Shown here piece by piece: positions 20,780-29,839 of a stretch of 64,000 nt of DNA (positions are counted from its first letter, which is position 1; every line of letters starts with the position of its first letter). The DNA comes from Candidatus Micrarchaeia archaeon. GTDB taxonomy: Archaea > Micrarchaeota > Micrarchaeia > Burarchaeales > Fermentimicrarchaeaceae. The stretch spans positions 4,641 through 68,640 of the forward strand of contig JAVZHX010000002.1 of NCBI GenBank assembly GCA_038871515.1. The letters are read 5' to 3'. The translations under genes and the position numbers were made by a program. A model generated the notes under the pieces. It was not told the DNA's origin and made no database searches. It saw only the letters and a list, made by a program, of their open reading frames with translations.

Positions 20780-21423
20780 CTCATAACCGCAAGAATTGAG
20801 TTTGCTGCCGATGAAATGTCCGGTGATTTTGTTATATACCTTCCAACCACAACAATATCCGCTCCATTCTCAAGCGCTTTCTTAACCTGCTCCAAATCCA
20901 ATCCTCCTCCAATCCCAACAAGCGCTTTTCCTTTCAGCTTCTCCTTCACTCCTTTCAGGTAACCCCATGCGTGCTTTTTTGATAACTCCGCATCTATCCC
21001 TCTGTGCAGAAGCACAACGTCTGGTAAAGCACCCGTATCCTTCAACACTTTCAGCGGGTTGGGGACATTCATCATATCAACGAACGAATAAACACCAACT
21101 TTTCTTGCTTCCTCTATGAATTCTTTTATTGTCAGCGGAAATGCAAGCCCGGAGACAACTGCTCCATCTGCCTTCCCCTCGCAAGCTATTCTTGCCTCAA
21201 GCGCACCAACGTCAAGTGTTTTCAAATCCGCAACAATGAACGCATCCCTCACCTTGCGCAGTTCGCTTACAACACCACAACCATACGTTTTCACAAGCGG
21301 AGTTCCTGCTTCAAGTATTATTTTATCACTTCTTGGAAGCTCTGAAACAATTCTCTTAACCTTCTCAATATCTGGGATGTCAAGCGCAACTTGAAGGTAA
21401 GGTGGATTTGGTAATGATTTCAA
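20776..21423 (-). CDS. 3-hexulose-6-phosphate synthase-like (HUMPS/OMPDC barrel), resembling the HPS domain of Fae-Hps
   Basis: PPYLQVALD, LEAGTPLVK, DLKTLDVG, LHRGID, VVGRYI. Confidence 0.85.
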   Translation of the reverse strand: MKSLPNPPYLQVALDIPDIEKVKRIVSELPRSDKIILEAGTPLVKTYGCGVVSELRKVRDAFIVADLKTLDVGALEARIACEGKADGAVVSGLAFPLTIKEFIEEARKVGVYSFVDMMNVPNPLKVLKDTGALPDVVLLHRGIDAELSKKHAWGYLKGVKEKLKGKALVGIGGGLDLEQVKKALENGADIVVVGRYITKSPDISSAANSILAVMR

Positions 21424-21493
21424 AACTGCACCTCCGTTTAATTAAGCACTTACTATTTTAATATTTATTGATAATTAATAATAAGGTGGTGTT

Positions 21494-22831
21494 ATGGCCG
21501 TTTCACCCTTAGATATTAGATATAGCAATGAGATGAATGCTGTTTTTGATGAGCAGAACAGGCTTGAGAAGTGGCTGATGGTTGAGGGAGCATTGGCAAA
21601 AGCTCAGGCAAAAGTTGGGAGAATACCAAAAAGCGCTGCGGAGGAGATAAGCAAAAAAGCAAATACGAAGTATGTTAAACTGGAGAGGGTGAAGGAAATA
21701 GAAAGGGAGATAGACCACGATTTGATGGCGATGGTCAAAGCATTGAGTGAGGTTTGTGGTGATGCAGGCAAATACGTTCATCTTGGAGCCACCAGCTACG
21801 ACATAGAGGATACGGCTCATGCGCTCATACTGAGGGATGCGGTAGGAATTATTGAAAATAAACTGAGGCATCTGAAGCAGGTGCTTCTCGTGCTTGCTGA
21901 GGAGAACAAAAGGAGGGTTTGTATAGGAAGAACCCATGGACAGCACGCAGTTCCAACCACTTATGGGATGAAGTTTGCTTTGTATGCATGCGAGGTTGAC
22001 AGACACTTGAAAAGAATTGAGCAGGCAAAGGAGAGGATGCTTGTTGGGAAGATGAGTGGAGCTGTTGGAACGATGTCAACGTTTGGAAAGGAGGGGCATA
22101 GAATTCAGGAGTATGTGATGAGGGAGCTGGGTGTGAAACCCGCGCTTGTGACAAACCAGGTTGTGCAGCGAGACAGGCACGCAGAAGTTATATTTGTGCT
22201 TTCTTTAATTGGATGCACGCTTGAGAAAATAGCAAAGGAAATAAGGAATTTGCAGAGAACTGAAATTATGGAAATTGCTGAGCCGTTTGGGAGGAAGCAG
22301 GTTGGGAGCTCAACAATGCCACACAAAAGAAACCCGCACCGCTCTGAAAGGTTGTGCAGTTTGGCAAGGCTTCTCAGAGCAGATGTTTCCGTTGCGCTTG
22401 AGAACATAGCGCTTGAGCATGAAAGGGATTTGACAAACTCCGCAAACGAGAGGTTTATAATTCCAGAAGCATTTATCGTTTCAAACTTCATGTTAAACGA
22501 AATGATAGACATACTTGTTGGTTTGGAGTTCTTCCCAGAAAATATAAGAAAGAACATTGAGCTTAGCAAAGGACAGATTATGGCTGAGAGACTGATGATG
22601 CTGCTCGCAAGCAAGGGGATGAGCAGGCAGGAAGCACACGAGCTTCTTAGAAAAATAAGCATAAAGGCATTTAAGGAAGGCAAGCACTTGAGGGAGGCGC
22701 TTAAGGAGAGCAGAGAGGTGATGAAGTATCTTACTGAGAAGGAGCTTGACGATGCGTTTGATCCAAATACGTATATTGGCGAAGCAGTGGAGATAGTTGA
22801 GAGAGCGTTGAAAGAGCTGAAGAGAAGATGA
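21494..22831 (+). CDS. purB: Adenylosuccinate lyase
   Basis: HLGATS, GRTHGQHA, fumarate-lyase signature GSSTMPHKRNP. Confidence 0.97.
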   Translation: MAVSPLDIRYSNEMNAVFDEQNRLEKWLMVEGALAKAQAKVGRIPKSAAEEISKKANTKYVKLERVKEIEREIDHDLMAMVKALSEVCGDAGKYVHLGATSYDIEDTAHALILRDAVGIIENKLRHLKQVLLVLAEENKRRVCIGRTHGQHAVPTTYGMKFALYACEVDRHLKRIEQAKERMLVGKMSGAVGTMSTFGKEGHRIQEYVMRELGVKPALVTNQVVQRDRHAEVIFVLSLIGCTLEKIAKEIRNLQRTEIMEIAEPFGRKQVGSSTMPHKRNPHRSERLCSLARLLRADVSVALENIALEHERDLTNSANERFIIPEAFIVSNFMLNEMIDILVGLEFFPENIRKNIELSKGQIMAERLMMLLASKGMSRQEAHELLRKISIKAFKEGKHLREALKESREVMKYLTEKELDDAFDPNTYIGEAVEIVERALKELKRR

Positions 22832-23628
22832 AAGCGGATAAAAGATGCAAGGAGTGCCTTCTGCGAGTTTTTGAAGGGGAAGTTGAGCTTGCGGGTATTA
22901 GAGAGAAGGAAAAAGTAATAGAGGAGTTAGAGGAGTGTATGGAGAGAAACTTCTCATTGCAAAAAGACCCTTACTCGCAACTTGCAACGGAGATGGAGAG
23001 AATTGTGAAAAAAGCCAGCGGAGGGAAGGATTTTTTCAGAGAGCTGAAGGGAGAAGTGAATGAGAAAGCAAGGGAGATATGCGGCAAGTTGAAGGTGAAT
23101 GGCTTGAATGATGCGATGAAGGTGGCGCTTGCTGGGAACTCACTGGACTTGCTTCACCTTCCAAAAGAGGAGGCATTGCCAACTGCAATGAAAGCACTGA
23201 GGGAGCCAATTAAAGTAGATGAGAGAAGAAAAGCAGTTGCGCGGATAAATAAAGCTGATGAAGTTATATACGTTGCGGACAATGCAGGTGAGGTTTTCTT
23301 TGATAGGTTTCTTGTTGAGGAATTATACAAGAAAGGGAAGAGAGTTCGTTATGTTGTGAGGAAGTTTCCAATGAGCAACGATGCAATTGAGGAGGATGCG
23401 AGGGAAGCTGGAATTCATAGGTTTGCAAAAATTGAGAAGTTTGATGGGTATGGTTACGAAGCAGAGGAAGGGCATCCTTTGATAATTTCAAAGGGGCATG
23501 CTGGATGGGTGACTCTAAGCGAGGGAAACCCAAGGAATATAATATTTATAGTGAAAGTAAAAAGATGTGGGATAATTGCATCAAGCCTTGGGGTAAAGCC
23601 CGGGGATGGAGTGATTAAAGTTGTGTAG
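22828..23628 (+). CDS. ARMT1/DUF89-like damage-control phosphatase
   Basis: N-terminal CxxC, AGNSLD, DNAGE..FD, NDA; C-terminal motif divergent (SKGHAG). Confidence 0.85.
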   Translation: MKADKRCKECLLRVFEGEVELAGIREKEKVIEELEECMERNFSLQKDPYSQLATEMERIVKKASGGKDFFRELKGEVNEKAREICGKLKVNGLNDAMKVALAGNSLDLLHLPKEEALPTAMKALREPIKVDERRKAVARINKADEVIYVADNAGEVFFDRFLVEELYKKGKRVRYVVRKFPMSNDAIEEDAREAGIHRFAKIEKFDGYGYEAEEGHPLIISKGHAGWVTLSEGNPRNIIFIVKVKRCGIIASSLGVKPGDGVIKVV

Positions 23629-23638
23629 GTGAGAGAGG

Positions 23639-24643
23639 ATGGATTATGCGAAAGCTGGGGTTGATGTGAGCAGAGTGAAGGGGATTCATGCATCAATAGA
23701 GCAGATGATTAGAAAAACGCACAGCAAGGATGTGCTGCCTGTTTTTGGGCATTATGCAGGAGTTGTGAAAATTGGTGGGGAGAAAATTGCAGTGCATACA
23801 GATGGAGTTGGAAGCAAAGTTCTTGTTGCTCAGTTTCTTAAAAAATACAACACAGTTGGAATAGATTGCGTTGCGATGAATGTGAATGACATGATATGCG
23901 TTGGGGCGAAACCGGTTGCGCTTGTTGATTACATTGCGCTGCAGCATGAGGATGAGGAGCTGGTTGAAAAGCTTATGGAAGGAATAGTGAAGGGTGCTGA
24001 GGAGGCGGAAGTCGCCGTGATTGGCGGTGAAACGGCAATACTTCCCGATATGATAAAGCCTGGCTTGGATTACAGCGGTTTTCATACAAATGGGTTTGAT
24101 GTTGCTGCAACGTGCATTGGAGTGGTTAAAAAATTGATAACGGGAGAGAGGATGAAGGTGAATGACGTTGTGGTTGGTGTTGAGAGCTCGGGGTTGCATT
24201 CAAATGGTTATACACTTGCAAGAAAAGTTTTGAATATGAATGAGTGGGCGGAGGAGATGCTCACCCCAACAAAAATATATGTTAAACCTGTGATGGAAGT
24301 TGTTAAAAAGTTTGACGTGCATGGGCTTGCGCATATAACTGGTGGAGCATTTACAAAGCTGAGAAGAATTGGAAGTGTTGCTGGGAAAGGTTTTCTTCTT
24401 GACAACATGCCTAAACCAAAAATAATTTTTGAGGAAATCAGAAAGAATGCTGGGGTGAGGTATAAGGAGATGTATTCAACGTTCAATATGGGAGTTGGGT
24501 TCTGCGTTGTTGTTGCTAAAAAAGATGCTGAGAAGGTGATTGATGTTTTTGAAGGTTATGGGCAGAAAGCTTGGGTGATTGGCAAAGTTATTAAGGAGAA
24601 AAAAATTGAGGTTGTTGCTGAAGGAAATTCAATAGAACTCTAG
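23639..24643 (+). CDS. purM: Phosphoribosylformylglycinamidine cyclo-ligase (AIR synthase)
   Basis: YAKAGVD, TDGVGSK, GGETA, SSGLHSNGY, HITGG, TFNMGVG. Confidence 0.97.
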   Translation: MDYAKAGVDVSRVKGIHASIEQMIRKTHSKDVLPVFGHYAGVVKIGGEKIAVHTDGVGSKVLVAQFLKKYNTVGIDCVAMNVNDMICVGAKPVALVDYIALQHEDEELVEKLMEGIVKGAEEAEVAVIGGETAILPDMIKPGLDYSGFHTNGFDVAATCIGVVKKLITGERMKVNDVVVGVESSGLHSNGYTLARKVLNMNEWAEEMLTPTKIYVKPVMEVVKKFDVHGLAHITGGAFTKLRRIGSVAGKGFLLDNMPKPKIIFEEIRKNAGVRYKEMYSTFNMGVGFCVVVAKKDAEKVIDVFEGYGQKAWVIGKVIKEKKIEVVAEGNSIEL

Positions 24644-24674
24644 TTTTAAATACACAGAAATTCATATTTTTAAT

Positions 24675-25148
24675 ATGGAAGCTGTGAAGGGCAACCTCCA
24701 AGAGAAGTTTGAGGTAAAATTCCTTTCAAGCAAGGAAGAGAGAGATGCGGTGGATAGAATTATGAGGGAGAATGGGTTCAAGGAGGGAGTGAGGGGAGAT
24801 GGGTTGTTTGAGCTTTATGGGAAGGAGAAGGGAAACATTGTGATTGTTACTGTTGATAGAAAAAGTAAAGAAGTTGTTGGGGGGGTGGAGGTTTCTGTTG
24901 ATAAAAAGGAGAGAGAAGCGTATGGATTGAAAATTGCTGTTTCAGTTGATAGACAGGGAGAGGGAGTTGGTAAGCTTCTTGTGGAGAATGCTGAAAGAAG
25001 TTTGAAAGCTTTGGGGGTTGAGTGGGTTAAATGCACCCCAAGAGATGAAGGGGCGTATGAGTTTCTAAAAAGAATGGGTTATAGGTATGCTGATGAAGGA
25101 AAGATTGGGGATAAGTTTGTTGAAGCGGAGATGGTGAAAAAACTCTAA
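24675..25148 (+). CDS. GNAT family N-acetyltransferase
   Basis: IAVSVDRQGEGVGKLL motif A; AYEFLKRMGY. Confidence 0.88.
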   Translation: MEAVKGNLQEKFEVKFLSSKEERDAVDRIMRENGFKEGVRGDGLFELYGKEKGNIVIVTVDRKSKEVVGGVEVSVDKKEREAYGLKIAVSVDRQGEGVGKLLVENAERSLKALGVEWVKCTPRDEGAYEFLKRMGYRYADEGKIGDKFVEAEMVKKL

Positions 25149-25456
25149 ACCCAGGGGCAGTCCCCTCCGCTGAGAACGTTTACTCCTGCAAACATCTTTG
25201 CAACTATGTAGAACGCCATCACAAGAATTAATATTCCAATTATCACATACTCCAACCTCTTCTGAGCTTCCTTATGCTTTATTGGGTCGTTTCCAGAAGT
25301 CATGAAGCTTATTCCTGCCCAGGAGAGCATAATGATTGCAACGAAAACCCCAACCTGTCTCAGAAGGGTGATTACTGGGCAGAGCGCCTCCCTTGGCGTC
25401 ACTGTTTGAGCAGAAGCAATGCTGAGAAGCAGAAACAACACAAACCACTTCCTCAT
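25145..25456 (-). CDS. TrbC/VirB2-family (T4SS-type) pilin
   Basis: Signal peptide, then two hydrophobic helices separated by AGISFMTSGNDP.K.KEA.K.L. Confidence 0.8.
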   Translation of the reverse strand: MRKWFVLFLLLSIASAQTVTPREALCPVITLLRQVGVFVAIIMLSWAGISFMTSGNDPIKHKEAQKRLEYVIIGILILVMAFYIVAKMFAGVNVLSGGDCPWV

Positions 25457-25529
25457 ACTCCCACCTCCCATTATTAATTGAGGAGTTATATTTAAAAATG
25501 ATGTTCATTAAATCTGAAACGGTGGTGGT

Positions 25530-25961
25530 ATGGTTTTTGGTATCGGGGAGGGGAGAATTGAAATAACCCTTGACAGGGTGAACTACTCGCTTGGGGACAC
25601 TGTAAAGGGAACTGTGAAGCTTGAGTTGAAATCTCCAAAAAAAGCAAAAGAGCTGAGAGTTAGGTTATGGGGAGAGAGGACTAGAAGCAAGAGTGGAAAG
25701 CATTCGGGAGGCAAAGAGATAGTTCATGAATTTACTCTAAGGCTTGATGGGGAGAAGGAGTATTCAAGCGGTGAGTATCCGTTTGAAATAGCTCTTCCAA
25801 AGCTTCCAGAGCCAAAGCTTGAGGGGAAAGTTGGGGATATTTTGGGTGTTGCGCAAACCCTTGGTTTGGTTGCATCTCCGCCCAGATGGTATATAAAAGC
25901 AACTCTGGACTTGCCAATGTCAATTGATATAAGCAAGACAATTCAGCTTAATGTTGTTTAG
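25530..25961 (+). CDS. SpoOM/arrestin-N-like beta-sandwich protein
   Basis: ITLD...Y..GDTVKGTV.L, L.V.L.G.E, YPFEI.LP, W.IKATLD pattern. Confidence 0.7.
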   Translation: MVFGIGEGRIEITLDRVNYSLGDTVKGTVKLELKSPKKAKELRVRLWGERTRSKSGKHSGGKEIVHEFTLRLDGEKEYSSGEYPFEIALPKLPEPKLEGKVGDILGVAQTLGLVASPPRWYIKATLDLPMSIDISKTIQLNVV

Positions 25962-26042
25962 CTACTTTTTCTTCTTCTGCTTCTTTTTCTTTGGCTCCGC
26001 CTCATAACAGATGGGGCAGAGGCCACAGCCAGATGTTTCCAA
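25962..26042 (-). CDS. Putative 26-aa Cys/Lys-rich microprotein METSGCGLCPICYEAEPKKKKQKKKK
   Basis: GGTGA RBS 4 nt before TTG; TTTAATATA box about 35 nt upstream; fills the gap exactly; not in the ORF track. Confidence 0.55.
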   Translation of the reverse strand: METSGCGLCPICYEAEPKKKKQKKKK

Positions 26043-26156
26043 AGAATCACCTTTTCTTATTTTGAAGCAATGGTGTATATTAAACCTAGCTTTACCGCAA
26101 GCAACCTTATTATTTTAAACCTTGCATCAGAAAACTAATAGGAGGTTTTACCAGTT

Positions 26157-28355
26157 ATGAAAAAGCTGAGATGGATTGAGGAGAAGTGCAGAGCTCCTGA
26201 GTGCGATTACTGCACAAAAGTATGCCCGAAGGGAGTTCTCTCCATAGTTGGGGAGGAGCTCCAGTACTGCTCCCAGTGCAACCCGAAGTATGCTGTTTGT
26301 GTGAAAGCATGTATGAATAATGCTTTGAAAGTTGATAAGAATGGAGTAATTCATGTAATAGAGGAGAAGTGCGATGGGTGCGGTGCGTGCGTTTCGGAGT
26401 GCAAGACAGGTGGCATTAAGCTCGCGAAGAGCAAGAAGGGAGTGAAAATTGCTGTTAAATGTGATTTGTGCTCTTCTTTAAAGCTGTCTAATCCAATCTG
26501 CGTTACTTTCTGCCCTTACGGTGCGCTTGAAGTTTATGAGGTTATTGAAGAAGTTTCAGAGTCAAAAGAAGGAGAAAAAGAGGAGCTGTATGAGAAAAAA
26601 TTTGAACCGCATTTCATTGGGGAGGGGAAGGGAATTCCAACAATAAGGTACACAGAATCCCTCTCACCAGAGAGCATAGAGAAAAGATTCTCCGCTCCTT
26701 TCTCATTTGACATACTTGAGTTTCCTCCACCAAATAAGAAGGCAAAGCTGATTGATGAATACGGAAGAGTGAAAATATATGAAGTGGAGGATTTGGGGAG
26801 AACGTACTGCATAAGCTTCCCAAGATTCTTCTCGGATGACTGGAAGCTTGCGGAATATGTGAAGCACTTCACAATAATGAAGGTTGCTGATGAATATCTT
26901 TCAGCTTTCCTAAGCCCTCCAGAGTATTTTGATTTGGAGGTGAGGATGAAAGCATTGAATAGAGTGAAAATGATTGCAAGGGATATAATAAACAGGCTTG
27001 AGCCAACTCTTGACCCAGAGAAGAAGGAGTCAATTGCAGAGATAGTTGCAGTTGACACAATTGGTTTTGGTGCAATAGAGTATTTCTGGATGAGGGATAA
27101 GGAGAATTTGGAAGAAATAGAGATAGACCATCCGCTAAGGGAAATTCTGATTTACCACAGGAAGTATGGGAGGTGCATAACCAACCTCAGGTTCACAAGC
27201 GACAGGTCTTTCAAAAAAGTTATGAATGCGATTCTCAGGCCGTTGGGTAAAACGCTTGACATGATACACCCGGTTGTTGACGCCCAGCTTCCAGATGGCT
27301 CAAGGTTGCACGCGCAAATCTCTCCGGCAGCTTTGACAGGGGCAACTGCAAACATAAGGCTTTTTGGAAGCGATCCGTGGACGTTTATAAAGATGATGAA
27401 CGTTGGGACTGTCAACGCGGAGCTTGGCGCGTTCCTGTGGATGGCGATAGAGATGAAAAAATCTCAAATTATAATTACAGGTGCACCAGCAACAGGAAAA
27501 ACTTCCCTGCTGTCATCGCTGCTTGTTTTCATACCCGCTGGGGAGAGGGTGATATCTGTTGAGGAGGAGATAAATGAGTTGCGCTTCTATGATAAATTTA
27601 TAAACTGGATTCCGCTTGTTGGAGTTTATAAGGAGAGGAAGGAGGAGGCGATGAAGAAGGGGGAGGAGGTTTCCAGGTTGAGAACATGCCTTGACCAGAT
27701 AACAAACTCGTTGAGGATGAGGCCTGACAGAATTGTGCTTGGCGAGTTAAGAGGAAGGGAGGCAAGGGAGCTTTTCTCAGGAGCGAACTGGGGAATTTCA
27801 TTTATGACAACGTTGCATTCAAAGGAGATTGGAACGGCGGTTGTTAAGAGAATACACTCTCCTCCAATGAAAGTTCCGACAGATATGCTTTCAATGCTTG
27901 ATATAATAATCACTCTTTCAACAGATGCTGAAAAAAGAAGAAGAGTTATTCAGTGTTCTGAGATGAACTGGCGCTCAAGGGGTGAGCTTCCTGATGAAAT
28001 TGAGGAGATGGTGAGGAAGGATAAAATTCCAAGCGAGATAAGAGCACACGTTTGGAAGGAGGGGGAGGAGGTTGGTTTTCTGAATAGACTTTATGAGTTC
28101 AACTCGAGGAAAGGAGAGCTTGAGGAGGTTATGGATTACCCATCAAAAACACTTAACAAATACGCTCAAACATTTGATTTGAATGAAGAGGAATTGAAGG
28201 AGGAGTTCAGGAGAAGAACACAGATTCTTGATTACCTTGCAAAGAATGGAATAACGAACTTCCTTGACGTTGGGAAGGTTGTTCATGCGTATTACAACAC
28301 GCCAAAAAGCAGGAGGGAGGAGTTCATAAGCGAAATAAAAAATATTGTAAAGTGA
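26157..28355 (+). CDS. Type IV pilus/type II-IV secretion ATPase (VirB11/TadA/FlaI family) fused to an N-terminal 16-Cys polyferredoxin domain
   Basis: Four Cys clusters in aa 11-119; LPDGSR, Walker A GAPATGKT, SLRMRPDRIVLGELRG, TTLH. Confidence 0.92.
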   Translation: MKKLRWIEEKCRAPECDYCTKVCPKGVLSIVGEELQYCSQCNPKYAVCVKACMNNALKVDKNGVIHVIEEKCDGCGACVSECKTGGIKLAKSKKGVKIAVKCDLCSSLKLSNPICVTFCPYGALEVYEVIEEVSESKEGEKEELYEKKFEPHFIGEGKGIPTIRYTESLSPESIEKRFSAPFSFDILEFPPPNKKAKLIDEYGRVKIYEVEDLGRTYCISFPRFFSDDWKLAEYVKHFTIMKVADEYLSAFLSPPEYFDLEVRMKALNRVKMIARDIINRLEPTLDPEKKESIAEIVAVDTIGFGAIEYFWMRDKENLEEIEIDHPLREILIYHRKYGRCITNLRFTSDRSFKKVMNAILRPLGKTLDMIHPVVDAQLPDGSRLHAQISPAALTGATANIRLFGSDPWTFIKMMNVGTVNAELGAFLWMAIEMKKSQIIITGAPATGKTSLLSSLLVFIPAGERVISVEEEINELRFYDKFINWIPLVGVYKERKEEAMKKGEEVSRLRTCLDQITNSLRMRPDRIVLGELRGREARELFSGANWGISFMTTLHSKEIGTAVVKRIHSPPMKVPTDMLSMLDIIITLSTDAEKRRRVIQCSEMNWRSRGELPDEIEEMVRKDKIPSEIRAHVWKEGEEVGFLNRLYEFNSRKGELEEVMDYPSKTLNKYAQTFDLNEEELKEEFRRRTQILDYLAKNGITNFLDVGKVVHAYYNTPKSRREEFISEIKNIVK

Positions 28356-28359
28356 TTGG

Positions 28360-29223
28360 ATGGATTTTATAGCTGATTTTTCAGCTTTCTGGACAAGAAT
28401 TTTCTCAGCTGTTAATTTAGATCCTCAGATGATAATCCCAACTTCAAAAAACACAAAGCAGATGATACTCCAGTCAGGTGTTGATATAACGCCAGAAGCT
28501 TACTCTTCATTCGTAATTGGTATTGGGCTCACCTGCTTTGTTCTTTCACTGCTTTATTTTTCAATTCTATCATTATACTTTCAATTCACCTTTTACCTGG
28601 CTGTTTTTCTTTCTTTGCTGATGCTTTTTGTTTCAACCCTTGCTGCGATTCACTATTTTGAGTTTATAGTGCGCAGCAGAGGGAGGGATGTTGAACTGAA
28701 TCTTTTGGATGCACTGAGGCATCTGCTCTCGGAGTTGCGTTCGGGAATTCCACTGCACAATGCGCTTCAGTCAGTTTCAAGGGAGGATTATGGAGTTGTC
28801 TCAGAGCTTTTCAGAGAGAGTTTGGTGAGAATAAATGAGGGGGAGGAGGTGAGCGATGCCTTTCTTGAAATTTCTATGAGAACTCCCTCAGTAACCTTCC
28901 AGAGGTTTGTTGCAACTGTGAGCTACGCGATGGGAAGCGGTGTGAACATAGCAAACGTGCTTGAGAATTTCATTAAGGAGATTGAGATTTCAAGAAAGAA
29001 CGCAATTTCTGTTTATACAAATGAAGCGGTGAAATACTCAATTTTCATAATTTTTTTAACAGGTGTGGTGCCTGGCGTTACCGTGCTGCTGCTCTCCCAG
29101 GGTTCCATCCTTGCCGGTTTCAGAGTATCAATTCCTCTCATAGCTCCCTTCTACCTTCTCCTCTTCCCGCTTGTTAAGTACTGGATAATGATGAGGCTTG
29201 TGAGAGTTTCGCCAGGAGGTTGA
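28360..29223 (+). CDS. Type II secretion system F / TadC-like pilus membrane platform protein
   Basis: LLDALRHLLSELRSG.PL..AL, YG.VSELF, four TMs; 4 nt after the ATPase. Confidence 0.9.
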   Translation: MDFIADFSAFWTRIFSAVNLDPQMIIPTSKNTKQMILQSGVDITPEAYSSFVIGIGLTCFVLSLLYFSILSLYFQFTFYLAVFLSLLMLFVSTLAAIHYFEFIVRSRGRDVELNLLDALRHLLSELRSGIPLHNALQSVSREDYGVVSELFRESLVRINEGEEVSDAFLEISMRTPSVTFQRFVATVSYAMGSGVNIANVLENFIKEIEISRKNAISVYTNEAVKYSIFIIFLTGVVPGVTVLLLSQGSILAGFRVSIPLIAPFYLLLFPLVKYWIMMRLVRVSPGG

Positions 29224-29227
29224 TTCC

Positions 29228-29839
29228 ATGCTATCTAAGGAGGATGGGGAGTATCTTGTGAAGCTTGCGAGAAAGGCGGTTCAGCAGTATATTGAGAGAG
29301 GCGTTCTGATGAAACCAGAAAATCCATCTCCATCTCTTCTTGAAAAGAGGGGAGTTTTTGTCACAATTGAAACATATCCTGAAAAAGAGTTGAGGGGTTG
29401 CATTGGGTATATACAACCAATAAAGGAGCTTGCGCACGCGGTTGTTGAGTGTGCTGTTAGCTCTGCAACAAGCGACCCAAGGTTTCCGCCTATGAAAAAG
29501 GAGGAGGTTGAGAGGTGCACCTTTGAGGTGAATGTGCTCACTGTCCCTCAGTTGATAAAAGCGAAAGAACCAAAGGAGTATCCAAAAATGATAAAGGTTG
29601 GGAGGGATGGTTTAGTTGTGGAATACGGTCCATACGGAGGGGTGCTTCTGCCAATAGTTGCTGTGGAGCAGAAGTGGGATGAGGAGGAGTTTCTCTGCCA
29701 TACCTGCTACAAGGCAGGGCTTCCGTTTGATATGTGGCTTAACCCCAAAGTTAGAATATACAGCTTCCAAAGCCAGGTTTTCAAGGAGGAGAAACCAAAC
29801 GGAAACGTTGTTGAAGTTCATCTGGAGGTGAGGGAGTGA
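29228..29839 (+). CDS. AMMECR1-domain protein (TIGR00296-like)
   Basis: GVFVTI, LRGCIG, DPRFPP, KAGLP. Confidence 0.95.
   Translation: MLSKEDGEYLVKLARKAVQQYIERGVLMKPENPSPSLLEKRGVFVTIETYPEKELRGCIGYIQPIKELAHAVVECAVSSATSDPRFPPMKKEEVERCTFEVNVLTVPQLIKAKEPKEYPKMIKVGRDGLVVEYGPYGGVLLPIVAVEQKWDEEEFLCHTCYKAGLPFDMWLNPKVRIYSFQSQVFKEEKPNGNVVEVHLEVRE

Noticed and set aside
26157..29223. Archaellum (flaI/flaJ) operon
   Set aside because: No archaellin, flaF/G or adjacent flaH, and the membrane protein is a half-size TadC type rather than FlaJ.
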